40,496 nucleotides of DNA, taken from the NCBI GenBank assembly GCA_018059165.1, contig JAGOYM010000002.1, forward strand, positions 1-40,496, in the 5' to 3' direction. Positions within the stretch are counted from its first letter, which is position 1. Each line of letters opens with the position of its first letter. Below are positions 27,751 through 37,513 of this stretch, piece by piece. The notes under the pieces were generated by a model that saw nothing but the letters and a program-made list of their open reading frames with translations, did no database searches and was not told where the DNA came from. The stretch comes from Leptotrichiaceae bacterium (GTDB lineage Bacteria; Fusobacteriota; Fusobacteriia; Fusobacteriales; Leptotrichiaceae). The translations under genes were made by a program, and so were the position numbers.

Positions 27751-29085
27751 ATGAGAAAGATTTTAAAAGTATTACCAAAACATATGGCTTTATTACTTAT
27801 ATTTTTAACTATAGGTATCAGCTCTTTTGCTGAGGGAGAAGCAGTTAAGTTAGACACTGGAAACACTGCTTGGGTTATTGTTGCTGGAGCAATGGTATTC
27901 TTTATGACACCAGGGTTAGCATTCTTTTACGGAGGAATGGCAAGAAGATCAAGTGTATTACACACTATGATGAAAAGTTTTTTAGCAATTGGAATAGGTG
28001 CAATCGTGTGGATTGTAATTGGATACACAATCACATTTGGACCTAACGGAAATGCATTTTTAGGTTCTATGAAATTTCTAGGCCTTTCAGGAATGACACC
28101 AGATTTACTTGAACCAACTGGTATTCCTACTCTTATCTTTGTATTTTTTCAAGGAGCATTTGCCGTTATAGCAGTTGCGCTTATAAGTGGTGCAATAATT
28201 GAAAGAACAAAATTTGCTTCTTACTTAGTATTTATTATTTTATGGCTTATATTAGTTTATTCTGTAACAGCTCATTGGGCTTGGTCATCAGATGGATGGT
28301 TATTTAAAATGGGTGTTCTTGATTTAGCAGGTGGAACAGTAATTCATATAAGTGCTGGAGTATCAGCAGTTGTTGCTGCTCTTATCATTGGACCTAGATC
28401 TAAAAAAGAAAATGGTCCACATAATATTCCTTACGTTTTATTAGGAACAGGAATTTTATGGTTTGGTTGGTTTGGATTCAATGCAGGTTCTGTATTAGCT
28501 GCTAATGGTGTCGCAGCACTTGCTGTAATGACAACATTTGGTGCTAGTGCAACCGGATTTGTTACTTGGTTAATTTGGGATGCAATCAAAGGAAAAAAAC
28601 CTAGTGTTGTTGGAGCTGCTATTGGTGCAGTTATTGGACTAGTTGCAATTACTCCAGCTGCAAGTTTTGTCACTCCAATAGTATCTTTATTTATTGGATT
28701 TGCTTCTGTAACAACAAGTTATTGGATTTTACTTTCAAAAGAAAAATTACCATTTGATGATGTATTAGATGTATTTGCTTGTCATGGTATTGGTGGAATA
28801 GTAGGTGCTCTTTTAACTGGTGTTTTCGCATTTACAACAGGTTCAGGAAATCCTTCAATGATAAAACAAGTCGGTATACAATTTGTTGGTATATTTTCAA
28901 TCATTATATATGCATCAATTATGACTGCTATTATACTTTATGCAGTAAAAGCAATCTTCGGATTAAGAATAGATCAAGTTGGTGATGAGAACTTCAATTA
29001 TAGTATTGATGAAATCATTCATGGTGAGTTAGGTTATGGAGAATTCACTAAGATCAAAAAAGCTGAAGAAGATGCTAACTTATAA
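27751..29085 (+). CDS. amt: Ammonium transporter (Amt family)
   Basis: 444 aa. Motifs seen: AFFYGGM, DLAGGTVIHISAG, WFGWFGFNAGS, HGIGGIVGAL. It has an N-terminal signal-like segment. SD is GGAGGG. Confidence 0.92.
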   Translation: MRKILKVLPKHMALLLIFLTIGISSFAEGEAVKLDTGNTAWVIVAGAMVFFMTPGLAFFYGGMARRSSVLHTMMKSFLAIGIGAIVWIVIGYTITFGPNGNAFLGSMKFLGLSGMTPDLLEPTGIPTLIFVFFQGAFAVIAVALISGAIIERTKFASYLVFIILWLILVYSVTAHWAWSSDGWLFKMGVLDLAGGTVIHISAGVSAVVAALIIGPRSKKENGPHNIPYVLLGTGILWFGWFGFNAGSVLAANGVAALAVMTTFGASATGFVTWLIWDAIKGKKPSVVGAAIGAVIGLVAITPAASFVTPIVSLFIGFASVTTSYWILLSKEKLPFDDVLDVFACHGIGGIVGALLTGVFAFTTGSGNPSMIKQVGIQFVGIFSIIIYASIMTAIILYAVKAIFGLRIDQVGDENFNYSIDEIIHGELGYGEFTKIKKAEEDANL

Positions 29086-29109
29086 TTTTAAAAATTTTAC
29101 ACTATATAT

Positions 29110-29135
29110 AAAGGCGTCTCACTTGAGACGCCTTT
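29110..29135. terminator. Bidirectional rho-independent terminator
   Basis: AAAGGCGTCTC-actt-GAGACGCCTTT is a perfect 11-bp stem, with T-rich sequence on the right and A-rich sequence on the left. It lies between the convergent amt and DUF218 genes. Confidence 0.8.
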
Positions 29136-29163
29136 TATTATATTATAGGGGTTGATGAATAAA

Positions 29164-30207
29164 TTATTTCTGAATTCCAGGATATGCCCATATTCCAGAA
29201 GCTCTTCCTAAATCTCTGAATATTACTAATCTTTCTTTCGCTGTTACAGCCATTGCTTCTTCAATTGATTTGTAATCTAAATAAACAAAATTCTCTACCG
29301 TTGTTTCCATTCCTGCATTTGATATTGCTTCTTCAAATATTGTTTTCGCTCTTCTTATATGACTTGCACTTGTTATTAAAATTATATTTTTAGCATTGTT
29401 TACTTTTAAGATTTCCACTGAATTTAATGCATTGTCTACTGTATCTTTTGATTTGTCTTCCGGAATGATTCTATTCGCATCTATCCCTTTCTCAATTAGC
29501 CATTTTTTCATTAGATATGATTCTGTTACTCCTGATTTTTGTACTCCACCCGATACAATAATCTTCGCATCAGGATTTGCAATTGCTGCTAAATATGTTT
29601 GATCTAATCTCTTTATTAATGTTTCATGCATTGTTCCATCAGAATTTAGAGCATACCCTAGTGTTACTATAAAGTCTTTTTCTTTTGGTGATTCAACATA
29701 GTTCAATACTAAACTTGTATTTCTTTCTGCATTTTCAAATTTTTTCAAATATGCTTCTATTTTATTTGGAAATTTCTCTTTTAAGGCTTTTATTGTTTGA
29801 TCATACATTTCTGTTTTATCTGAAACTTTGGCATACATTGCTTTTAGTATTCTTGCTTCAAAATTATTCTTGTCCAGTTTCACAATTCCATCATATGTTG
29901 CAATTGCTTCATCAATTTTACCTTGAATTATTTGAGTCGACGCAATAGAGAATCTCAAATCTAATCTTTGTGGATCTAACGCACTAGCTTTCTTAAATGC
30001 TTCCTCTACTACATCATACTTACCTTTAAGAGTGATTCCTTTAAAAAATTCATTTTCAACTTTTTTAAGATCTCCTCCATTCCAATAATAATAAATTCCG
30101 GTTTGAACTAATTCATTAATTTCTCTTTGCTTATCAAATTTCGTTTGTTCAGCAAGAGTGAATACAGACATTACTATTAAAAGTAATGAAATTAGCATTT
30201 TTTTCAT
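29164..30207 (-). CDS. Secreted TPR-like plus DUF218 (YdcF/ElyC/SanA family) protein
   Basis: 347 aa with a signal peptide. The central region has TPR-like repeats. The C-terminal region (IVSGGVQKSGVTESYLMKKWLIEKGI...EDKSKDTVDNALNS...ITSASHIRRA) is typical of DUF218. Confidence 0.7.
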   Translation of the reverse strand: MKKMLISLLLIVMSVFTLAEQTKFDKQREINELVQTGIYYYWNGGDLKKVENEFFKGITLKGKYDVVEEAFKKASALDPQRLDLRFSIASTQIIQGKIDEAIATYDGIVKLDKNNFEARILKAMYAKVSDKTEMYDQTIKALKEKFPNKIEAYLKKFENAERNTSLVLNYVESPKEKDFIVTLGYALNSDGTMHETLIKRLDQTYLAAIANPDAKIIVSGGVQKSGVTESYLMKKWLIEKGIDANRIIPEDKSKDTVDNALNSVEILKVNNAKNIILITSASHIRRAKTIFEEAISNAGMETTVENFVYLDYKSIEEAMAVTAKERLVIFRDLGRASGIWAYPGIQK

Positions 30208-30304
30208 GATAGTACCTCCTATGTTTTATTCAATTCGATTATACATCGATTTTTTTGAATTATCAAGTGCATTAATGAATTTATTTTTTTAATTTTAGAG
30301 CAAT

Positions 30305-30337
30305 AAAAAAGAATCTCCATTATTAGAGATTCATTTT
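30305..30337 (-). terminator. Rho-independent terminator after the MATE gene
   Basis: The minus-strand RNA reads GAAUCUC-uaauaaug-GAGAUUC followed by UUUUUU. Confidence 0.6.
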
Positions 30338-30341
30338 TATA

Positions 30342-31742
30342 TTAATTTAATGAATTTTGTTCGATAGTTTTTATTACTTTTTTAGTATATAAATATGTAA
30401 ATAGTGCTGCTGACCATGTTGCTATAAATATTGCCCACCAAATCCCAATTTCTCTCATATTTAATAACTGGCCTAATATAAATATTAATATCATTGGTGC
30501 GATGAACTGTCTATACGCCCCGACATACATACCTAAATTAGGTTTTTTTAATCCTTGTAACACAGCAATAGATACCGATATTAGAACATATGCAAAGTAT
30601 ACCCATGCATCAATATACAAGTATTTCAGACCTTCTCTCATTACATCTGCATCTTTTGTGAATATTAAGAATAATTGTTTCCCAAATATGATAGAAAAGA
30701 TCGTACCCAACAATGTTATTACAAGTCCATATTGAAGTATTTTATTATAAATTTGTTTTACTCTTTGTATATTCCCTGCACCATAATTTCGCCCTACTAA
30801 AGTCATTGCTGCAACACTAAATCCTAATGTTGGTAACAATGCTAATTGTTCTATTCTCATTGCTGGTCCGTATCCTGCTAAAACATCTGAATTTCCTAAT
30901 CTTTTGATTGCATTCATAATTACAAACATACCCATAACCATTGTAGCCATATTTAAGCTTGCTGGAATTCCTTGTCTAAGAATCTCTCTTATATTTTCAG
31001 ATTTCATCTTGTAGTCTGATTTTTTAAGATTTTTTACTAAATCTATTTTATTTACTTTTATATATAGATATACGAATGTTATCATTTGTGATATTACTGT
31101 TGCTATTGCAACACCAGCTGTTCCAAAATTAGGAAGGATTCCTCCAACACCTAAAAATAATGGATCTAGTATGATATTTATAACAACCGTTATTAAAAGT
31201 ATCTTTGTGAATGATATTGTGTCACCTTGTGACTGTAAAATTGAATTATATACTCCAGTTACTATAAAGAATACTATTCCCATTGTGAGTACATTCATAT
31301 ATTGAAGTGTTCCTGCATAAAAGTCTTCTGTACTTACTATCTTAACTAAAAACGGCATTACTAAAAATGCTACTATTGTTAAAAATAGAGAGAATAGAAA
31401 TGCAAATACTATTCCATTACCTGCATATTCTTTTGCTTTTTTTTCATCCCCACTCCCAAGTGATGTTGATATTAGTACGTTAACACCTGTTCCAATACCA
31501 CTTCCTAATGCTAAAAATATAAAGAATAGAGGAAACGAAGCAGTTAATGCGCCTAGTCCATTCTTCCCTAATATATTTCCTGCAAAATATGTATCTGTGA
31601 AATTAAACATTGAGTTAAAAAACATCCCTAGACTTGCTGGGATTGAAATATTCTTTATTAATTTACTTATTGGATCATTTAGAAAATCCATTTCTTTTGG
31701 TTTTAGAAACCTTAGTAATTTTTCCATATATTGTTGCTCCAT
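30342..31742 (-). CDS. MATE-family efflux transporter
   Basis: 466 aa with about 12 TM helices. The N-terminal PISKLIKNISIPASLGMFFNSMFNFTDTYFAG is typical of MATE transporters. The start could instead be ATG 31727, which is 9 nt after GGAG. Confidence 0.85.
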   Translation of the reverse strand: MEQQYMEKLLRFLKPKEMDFLNDPISKLIKNISIPASLGMFFNSMFNFTDTYFAGNILGKNGLGALTASFPLFFIFLALGSGIGTGVNVLISTSLGSGDEKKAKEYAGNGIVFAFLFSLFLTIVAFLVMPFLVKIVSTEDFYAGTLQYMNVLTMGIVFFIVTGVYNSILQSQGDTISFTKILLITVVINIILDPLFLGVGGILPNFGTAGVAIATVISQMITFVYLYIKVNKIDLVKNLKKSDYKMKSENIREILRQGIPASLNMATMVMGMFVIMNAIKRLGNSDVLAGYGPAMRIEQLALLPTLGFSVAAMTLVGRNYGAGNIQRVKQIYNKILQYGLVITLLGTIFSIIFGKQLFLIFTKDADVMREGLKYLYIDAWVYFAYVLISVSIAVLQGLKKPNLGMYVGAYRQFIAPMILIFILGQLLNMREIGIWWAIFIATWSAALFTYLYTKKVIKTIEQNSLN

Positions 31743-31770
31743 ATCTCTATTTTATTTACATAAATAAAAA

Positions 31771-32259
31771 TTATTCAGCTGTAAATTTAAGTGTTATTTC
31801 TTTATCTCCTAAATTAAGTTGCTTTAATTCTACTTCTGCATTCTTAAAAATTCTTTTTGATGCTTTTGTGCTATCCTTTTCAGCATGTTTATCTGATAAA
31901 TATACTACTTTTTTAATTCCAGATTGAACAATTGCTTTCGCGCATTCATTGCAAGGAAATAATGAAACATAAATAGTACAACCTTTTAGTGATTTTATAC
32001 TATTTAATATTGCATTTAACTCTGCATGAACAACATACGGATATTTTGTATCTAAGTACTCTCCAGTTTTATCCCAAGACAAATCATCGTCTGAACTACC
32101 CATCGGAAAACCATTATATCCTATTCCAATTATTTTTTTATCTTCATCTACAATGCATGCTCCAACTTGTGTTGATGGATCTTTGCTTCTAAGTGCTGAC
32201 AAAAATGCAATTCCCATAAAATATTCGTCCCATGATAAGTAATCTATTCGTTTTTCCAT
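31771..32259 (-). CDS. comEB: Deoxycytidylate (dCMP) deaminase
   Basis: Zinc motifs HAELNAI and PCNECAKAI are present. The start is set to ATG 32259 (MEKRIDYLSWDEYFMG), after AGAGGTG. The track's longer ORF overlaps the 3' end of xseA. Confidence 0.85.
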   Translation of the reverse strand: MEKRIDYLSWDEYFMGIAFLSALRSKDPSTQVGACIVDEDKKIIGIGYNGFPMGSSDDDLSWDKTGEYLDTKYPYVVHAELNAILNSIKSLKGCTIYVSLFPCNECAKAIVQSGIKKVVYLSDKHAEKDSTKASKRIFKNAEVELKQLNLGDKEITLKFTAE

Positions 32260-32275
32260 ATGATTCACCTCTTTT

Positions 32276-33619
32276 TTATTCTTGTATAATACTCTCAACT
32301 TCGCCATCTATGAATCTTGTCTGTATTATATCACCCTTTTGTAATCCTTTTCCGCTTCTTACTACTTTTCCATTCTTTCTTGTTAATGTGTATCCTTGTT
32401 TCAATATTTCATCAATTGAATACTTAGAAATTATTGCTTTTTTATATTCAATACCACGCTTTTCTGATAATATAGATTCAGTTATCATTTTACTTAACAA
32501 GCTTTCTTTTACTTCTAATTGATTTTTCTTAAGTGCTATGTTCTCTTGTAAATCTAATCTATTAAATCTTGCTTTTACTATTTCAAATTTTTCAGAAAAT
32601 TTCTCTACTTTATATTTAAGTTCTTTATTTAATTGTGCTTCTTTATGTATAAGCTCCATCTTTTTATCAGTAATCTTTGTCATAAAGTTTCTTAGATAGT
32701 AACTTTCCTTTTGTCTTTCTATATCTTTTTTCATAATATTAAGTTTGTTTTGCAAAAACTTATTTAATGTGTTTTTCCTACTGTCTAACTCAGCTATTAA
32801 ATCTGATTTCAATGGAATTAATATCTCTGCTGCTTGAGTTGGTGTCGCTGCTCTTCTATCTGCAACTAAATCTGATATCAAATTATCAATTTCATGACCT
32901 ACAGCTGATATAATTGGCAATTCTGACCTATATATTGCCTCTATTACAGGCTCTTCATTAAAGGCCCATAAATCTTCAATACTTCCTCCACCTCGACCTA
33001 CAATCAACAAGTCCAGATCTAATTCTCCATTTGCATTCACTTTATTGAAATAATCAATTGCATGTTCTATTTCTTTTGCTGACCCAACTCCTTGTACTTT
33101 TGTTGGATATAAATATATATTAACATTTTTATATCTTTTATGAGTTGTATTTATAATATCTCTTATCGCTGCTCCTGTTTCTGCTGTAACAGCGCCAATA
33201 TTAATAGGTATTCTAGGAAATTCTTTTTTTATACTACTATCAAAGTATCCTTTTTCTAGATATTTTTTCTTTGTTTCTTCTAATTTTTCGTAAAGTGATC
33301 CCAATTTATTGGCCTTCTCTAATGAATCTGCAATTATCTGATATGATCCAGTTTGTTCGTATAGTGAAGCATTTCCAACAATTTTTACTTGATCTCCTTC
33401 TTTTAAGTCAGAAGGGACTCCTTTATATAAGTATTTGAAAATAGCACATTTTACAGTAGATTTGTCATCTTTTAATGTAAAGTAAAGATGTCCTGATTTG
33501 TAATATGTGACATTCGATAATTCTCCTTGTATATGAAGGTTTTTAAATGTCATTGTTCCTTCTAAAAATTGTTTTACTGCTTTATTTATCTCACTTACTG
33601 TAAATATAGTTGCACTCAT
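32276..33619 (-). CDS. xseA: Exodeoxyribonuclease VII large subunit
   Basis: 447 aa. It has an N-terminal OB-fold region, the GRGGGSIEDLWAFNEE motif and a long C-terminal coiled-coil. Confidence 0.92.
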   Translation of the reverse strand: MSATIFTVSEINKAVKQFLEGTMTFKNLHIQGELSNVTYYKSGHLYFTLKDDKSTVKCAIFKYLYKGVPSDLKEGDQVKIVGNASLYEQTGSYQIIADSLEKANKLGSLYEKLEETKKKYLEKGYFDSSIKKEFPRIPINIGAVTAETGAAIRDIINTTHKRYKNVNIYLYPTKVQGVGSAKEIEHAIDYFNKVNANGELDLDLLIVGRGGGSIEDLWAFNEEPVIEAIYRSELPIISAVGHEIDNLISDLVADRRAATPTQAAEILIPLKSDLIAELDSRKNTLNKFLQNKLNIMKKDIERQKESYYLRNFMTKITDKKMELIHKEAQLNKELKYKVEKFSEKFEIVKARFNRLDLQENIALKKNQLEVKESLLSKMITESILSEKRGIEYKKAIISKYSIDEILKQGYTLTRKNGKVVRSGKGLQKGDIIQTRFIDGEVESIIQE

Positions 33620-33631
33620 AGTTGAACCCCT

Positions 33632-33982
33632 TTATCCTAATTTCTCCTCATAAACATCTTTATTAAACCCAACAATAACCGTCGATTCTTGAACTAATAG
33701 AGGTCTTTTTAGTAGCATCCCATTTGATGCTAGTAATTCTAATTTTTGTTGTAAATCCATCTCTTTAAGCTTATCCTTTAGATTAAGCTCTCTATAGACT
33801 AACCCTGATGTATTAAATAATTTCTGTACATCTAATTTACTTTTTTTATAGATCTCTTCTACTTCTTTATATGTCAAATTCGAATCCACAATATGCTTTT
33901 TACTATATGGAATCCCCTTTTCATCTAACCATTTCATTGCTTTTTTACATGTGTTACATGTTGGATAATAATATACCTTCAT
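33632..33982 (-). CDS. ArsC/Spx/MgsR-family protein with a CxxC motif
   Basis: YYYPTCNTCKKAMKWLDEKGI at the N-terminus and LLKRPLL near the C-terminus. The start is set to ATG 33982 (116 aa), 8 nt after AGGGG. Confidence 0.75.
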   Translation of the reverse strand: MKVYYYPTCNTCKKAMKWLDEKGIPYSKKHIVDSNLTYKEVEEIYKKSKLDVQKLFNTSGLVYRELNLKDKLKEMDLQQKLELLASNGMLLKRPLLVQESTVIVGFNKDVYEEKLG

Positions 33983-34020
33983 TGCCATAACCCCTATCAT
34001 TGATCGTATTTTCTTTATTG

Positions 34021-35994
34021 TTATAATTCTAACATTAATTTTTTCAATTGTGCCATTTTATCTCTTTTTCTTATTGCTTCTTCAAAATTAAGCTCTTCAG
34101 CTAATTTTTTTATTTCTTTTTCCAATAATTTTATTTCTTTTTCTATATCTTTTACACTGTTATACTCATTTCTAATATTATTGACATCATCTTCTACAAT
34201 GATTTCATAATTGACAAGCGATTCTGAAATTTCACTAATAATATTCCTAGGATCTATATTGTTTATTCTATTGTACTCTACTTGCACTTCTCTACGTCTA
34301 TCAACTTCATCCATTGCAACTTTCATTGAATCAGTTACTTTATCAGCATAAAGAATAACTTTTCCTTCAATATTTCTTGCTGCTCTACCCATCGTTTGTA
34401 TAAGGGATCTTCTAGATCTCAAATACCCTTCTTTATCCGCTTCTAGTATTGCAACTAAAGACACTTCTGGTATATCGAGTCCTTCTCTTAGTAAGTTTAT
34501 TCCTACTAAAACATCAAATTCACCTTTTCGTAGACCTCTTATTATTTCTATTCTTTCTAGTGTATCTATATCAGAATGCATATATTTTACTTTGATTCCA
34601 TATTCTAAATAATAATCCGTCAATTCTTCAGCCATTTTTTTCGTAAGTGTTGTAACTAATACTCTTTGGCCTTTTACTGTTCTCATTTTGATTTCATCCA
34701 TTAAATCATCTATTTGATTTTTTGAAGGTTTTATTGTTATTTCAGGCTCAATTATTCCTGTTGGTCTCACTAGTTGTTCAATTACTTCACTCTTGGATTG
34801 ATTTAACTCATAATCACCTGGTGTTGCTGAAATATAAACTACTTGTGGCACTTTTAAAAAGAATTCATCAAATTGTAGTGGTCTATTATCAAATGCAGAT
34901 GGTAATCTAAATCCATTTTCTATTAATGATGACTTCCTAGCTCTATCTCCTTTGTACATTCCATTTATTTGTGGAACAGATATGTGAGACTCATCTAGAA
35001 AAACTACTAAATCATCTGGAAAATAATCTATTAAAGTATCTGGTGCTTCTCCTTCATTTTTACCTGTTAAATATCTAGAATAATTCTCTACACCCTTACA
35101 ATAACCTATTTCTGCAATCATTTCTAAATCATATTCTGTTCTTTGTTTTATTCTTTGAGCCTCTAGTAACATGTGTTTCTTCTCAAAATAAGTTATTCTT
35201 TCTTTCAGCTCATCTTTTATACTATTAAACATAACTTCAGAATCTTCCGTAGATAAATAATGTGTTGCTGGCATTATTGTAATTCTTTTAATTTCTCTTA
35301 TTTTCTGACCTGTAAGCGTATTAATTTCCGATATATCTTCCAAATCATCACCAAAAAATTCAAATCTGTACCCTGTATCTTGATATGAAGGATGTAAATC
35401 TATAACATCCCCTTTAACTCTAAACTTTCCACGCTCAAATGCTATATCATTTCTCTCATATCTCAACGAAATTAATCTATGTATCAATTCATTTCTGTCA
35501 AATCCAGTTTCAAGATCTATTGGTATAGAACGTTTCTTATATGCTTCTGGAGATCCCAATCCATATATTGCAGAAACTGATGCAACAATTATTACATCTC
35601 GTCGGTTAAGTAGAGCCGCTGTAGCCGCATGTCTCAATTTATCAATTTCATCATTTATTGATGAATCTTTCTCAATATATGTATCAGTAACTGCTACATA
35701 AGCTTCAGGTTGATAATAATCATAGTACGAAACAAAATATTCTACAGCATTTTCAGGAAAGAACTGTTTATATTCATTATACAGTTGTGCCGCTAATGTT
35801 TTATTTGGCGCCATTATTAGTGCAGGTCTATTTAATTTTTCTATTACATTTGCAACAGTAAAAGTCTTTCCAGATCCCGTAACACCTAATAATATTTGAT
35901 CTGAAATCCCATTCTCTATATTATCCACTATTTTTTCAATGGCTGCTGGTTGATCCCCTGTTGGCTGAAATTTTGATACTATTTTGAAATCCAT
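34021..35994 (-). CDS. uvrB: Excinuclease ABC subunit B
   Basis: 657 aa. It has Walker [10 protein letters not shown], a DESH box, helicase motifs and the C-terminal UVR domain ([14 protein letters not shown]). Confidence 0.97.
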   Translation of the reverse strand: MDFKIVSKFQPTGDQPAAIEKIVDNIENGISDQILLGVTGSGKTFTVANVIEKLNRPALIMAPNKTLAAQLYNEYKQFFPENAVEYFVSYYDYYQPEAYVAVTDTYIEKDSSINDEIDKLRHAATAALLNRRDVIIVASVSAIYGLGSPEAYKKRSIPIDLETGFDRNELIHRLISLRYERNDIAFERGKFRVKGDVIDLHPSYQDTGYRFEFFGDDLEDISEINTLTGQKIREIKRITIMPATHYLSTEDSEVMFNSIKDELKERITYFEKKHMLLEAQRIKQRTEYDLEMIAEIGYCKGVENYSRYLTGKNEGEAPDTLIDYFPDDLVVFLDESHISVPQINGMYKGDRARKSSLIENGFRLPSAFDNRPLQFDEFFLKVPQVVYISATPGDYELNQSKSEVIEQLVRPTGIIEPEITIKPSKNQIDDLMDEIKMRTVKGQRVLVTTLTKKMAEELTDYYLEYGIKVKYMHSDIDTLERIEIIRGLRKGEFDVLVGINLLREGLDIPEVSLVAILEADKEGYLRSRRSLIQTMGRAARNIEGKVILYADKVTDSMKVAMDEVDRRREVQVEYNRINNIDPRNIISEISESLVNYEIIVEDDVNNIRNEYNSVKDIEKEIKLLEKEIKKLAEELNFEEAIRKRDKMAQLKKLMLEL

Positions 35995-36079
35995 CTATAT
36001 CATCCTTTATTATTTTTAAGTACCCTTCTATTTTATCACAAATACTTGTTTTTTAAAAATATATTTTATTTAGTACAAT

Positions 36080-36108
36080 TTGACTTTTCTTCTTACAACA
36101 AGTATACT
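36080..36108 (+). promoter_or_regulatory. Candidate sigma-70 promoter for the TSUP gene
   Basis: TTGACT (36080-36085), a 17-nt spacer, then TATACT (36103-36108). Confidence 0.5.
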
Positions 36109-36128
36109 TTTCATTACATACTACGGAG

Positions 36129-36911
36129 GTGATCACTATTTTTAATTTAGACATAACTACACTAATCCTTTTTGCATTTTTATTATTCTCTGCAGGATTT
36201 GTAGATGCAATTGGTGGCGGTGGTGGACTGCTCTCAGTTCCAGGATACTTATTAACCGGTCTTCCAATACACACAGTTTTTGGAACAAATAAATTTGCTG
36301 CATCAGTCGGTACTGGTGTTAGTTTTTTACAATTTTTGAAGCACAACAAGATGCATTTAGGACTTCTTAAATATTTAGCACCTATGTCATTTTTAGGCGC
36401 TATTTTAGGCGTTACTACTTTGCAATTTGTAAATCCAAGTTTTTTGAAAATTATAATTCCATTTCTTATTTTAGTTGTGGGTTCATATACATTATTTAAT
36501 AAATCATTAGGAAACGAGAGTAATTACAAACATCCGAAAAGAAATGTCTTAATAAAAGGGATGTTTTTTACACTTGCAATTGGATTTTATGATGGATTTT
36601 TCGGACCTGGAACAGGAAGTTTCTTCATATTGATGTTAATTAAACTATTTGATGTTGATTTTGTTGAAGCTGCAGGAAATACAAAAATGCTTAATCTAAT
36701 TTCTAATATAACATCTTTAATTATATTCCTTTTTAGAGGTCAAGTATTTTTACCACTTGCAATACTTGGAAGTGTCTTTAACTTAGCAGGAGCATTTCTT
36801 GGAAGTCACTTTGCAATAAAAAAGGGCACTGCATTTATTAAGCCAGTTTTCATTTCAATTTCTTTCATTGTCGCATTTAAGATGCTATACGAACAGTTTT
36901 TAGTGAAATAA
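36129..36911 (+). CDS. TauE/SafE (TSUP) family anion-exporter-like membrane protein
   Basis: 260 aa polytopic protein. The FVDAIGGGGGLLSVP motif matches YfcA/TauE-type proteins. The start codon is uncertain (see findings). Confidence 0.8.
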   Translation: MITIFNLDITTLILFAFLLFSAGFVDAIGGGGGLLSVPGYLLTGLPIHTVFGTNKFAASVGTGVSFLQFLKHNKMHLGLLKYLAPMSFLGAILGVTTLQFVNPSFLKIIIPFLILVVGSYTLFNKSLGNESNYKHPKRNVLIKGMFFTLAIGFYDGFFGPGTGSFFILMLIKLFDVDFVEAAGNTKMLNLISNITSLIIFLFRGQVFLPLAILGSVFNLAGAFLGSHFAIKKGTAFIKPVFISISFIVAFKMLYEQFLVK

Positions 36912-36942
36912 AAAAGAAGGGATTCATAAATCCCTTCTTTTT
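36911..36942. terminator. Bidirectional rho-independent terminator
   Basis: AAAAAGAAGGGATT-cata-AATCCCTTCTTTTT lies between the convergent TSUP and GNAT genes. Confidence 0.75.
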
Positions 36943-36946
36943 ATTA

Positions 36947-37465
36947 CTATAATCTTTCCTTTACTAATGCTTTCAAATATCTATATTCATTATGCCACTT
37001 GCCATCATAATATGTGCTTTTATCTACTCTTGCAAACTTTTCAAATCCCATTTTATTATAGAATCTTTGTCCTTTTTTATCAAAATCAAATATTCCAGCC
37101 TCTATGTATTTAAAGCTAATTTCATTTAATAAGTTTTCAAACATCTTAAATGTTGTTTCCAATATTGCTGTTTTTAAATACTTCTCTTTAAATCCAACAA
37201 ATATGAATGCTGTATCTTTTTTATTTGATTTTAAAAATTTATAATCTTTCTCCCATGATAGAAATCCTATCATTTCTTCATCATTGTAAACTACATAAAG
37301 TTTTTTACTTCTATTTTGATCATAGCTTTCTTTTATTTCTTTTGCTCTAGTTTCTTTCAAAATTCCGGCTGATTGGTTTGCTATTAAATTATTTAAATTT
37401 TCATTTTGTACATCTTCTACAAAGATATACTCCTCTAATTTCGATACTTTCTCTATTTTTAACAT
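36947..37465 (-). CDS. GNAT-family N-acetyltransferase
   Basis: 172 aa. The C-terminal GQRFYNKMGFEKF is a typical GNAT motif A/B region. Assignment is to the family only. Confidence 0.65.
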   Translation of the reverse strand: MLKIEKVSKLEEYIFVEDVQNENLNNLIANQSAGILKETRAKEIKESYDQNRSKKLYVVYNDEEMIGFLSWEKDYKFLKSNKKDTAFIFVGFKEKYLKTAILETTFKMFENLLNEISFKYIEAGIFDFDKKGQRFYNKMGFEKFARVDKSTYYDGKWHNEYRYLKALVKERL

Positions 37466-37513
37466 AATACCACTACCAAATTACAAATATAAACAAATAG
37501 TTTCATTTATTAG

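Noticed and set aside
32260-32307. A longer dCMP deaminase ORF overlapping the 3' end of xseA
   Set aside because: ATG 32259 is preceded by AGAGGTG and removes the overlap. The extension (MAKLRVLYKNKKEVNH) is probably just open frame.
36038-36049. A possible SOS/LexA operator upstream of uvrB (ACAAATACTTGT, an imperfect palindrome)
   Set aside because: It does not match the Gram-positive CGAAC-N4-GTTCG box or the E. coli CTG-N10-CAG box. A short AT-rich palindrome with one mismatch is expected by chance.
36053-36349. A 98-aa minus-strand ORF containing a poly-proline run
   Set aside because: It lies antisense to the promoter and 5' end of the TSUP gene. The PPPPP run is simply the antisense of the GGTGGCGGTGGTGG glycine motif (GGGGG). 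It has no SD, and the opposite strand carries a well-supported gene.
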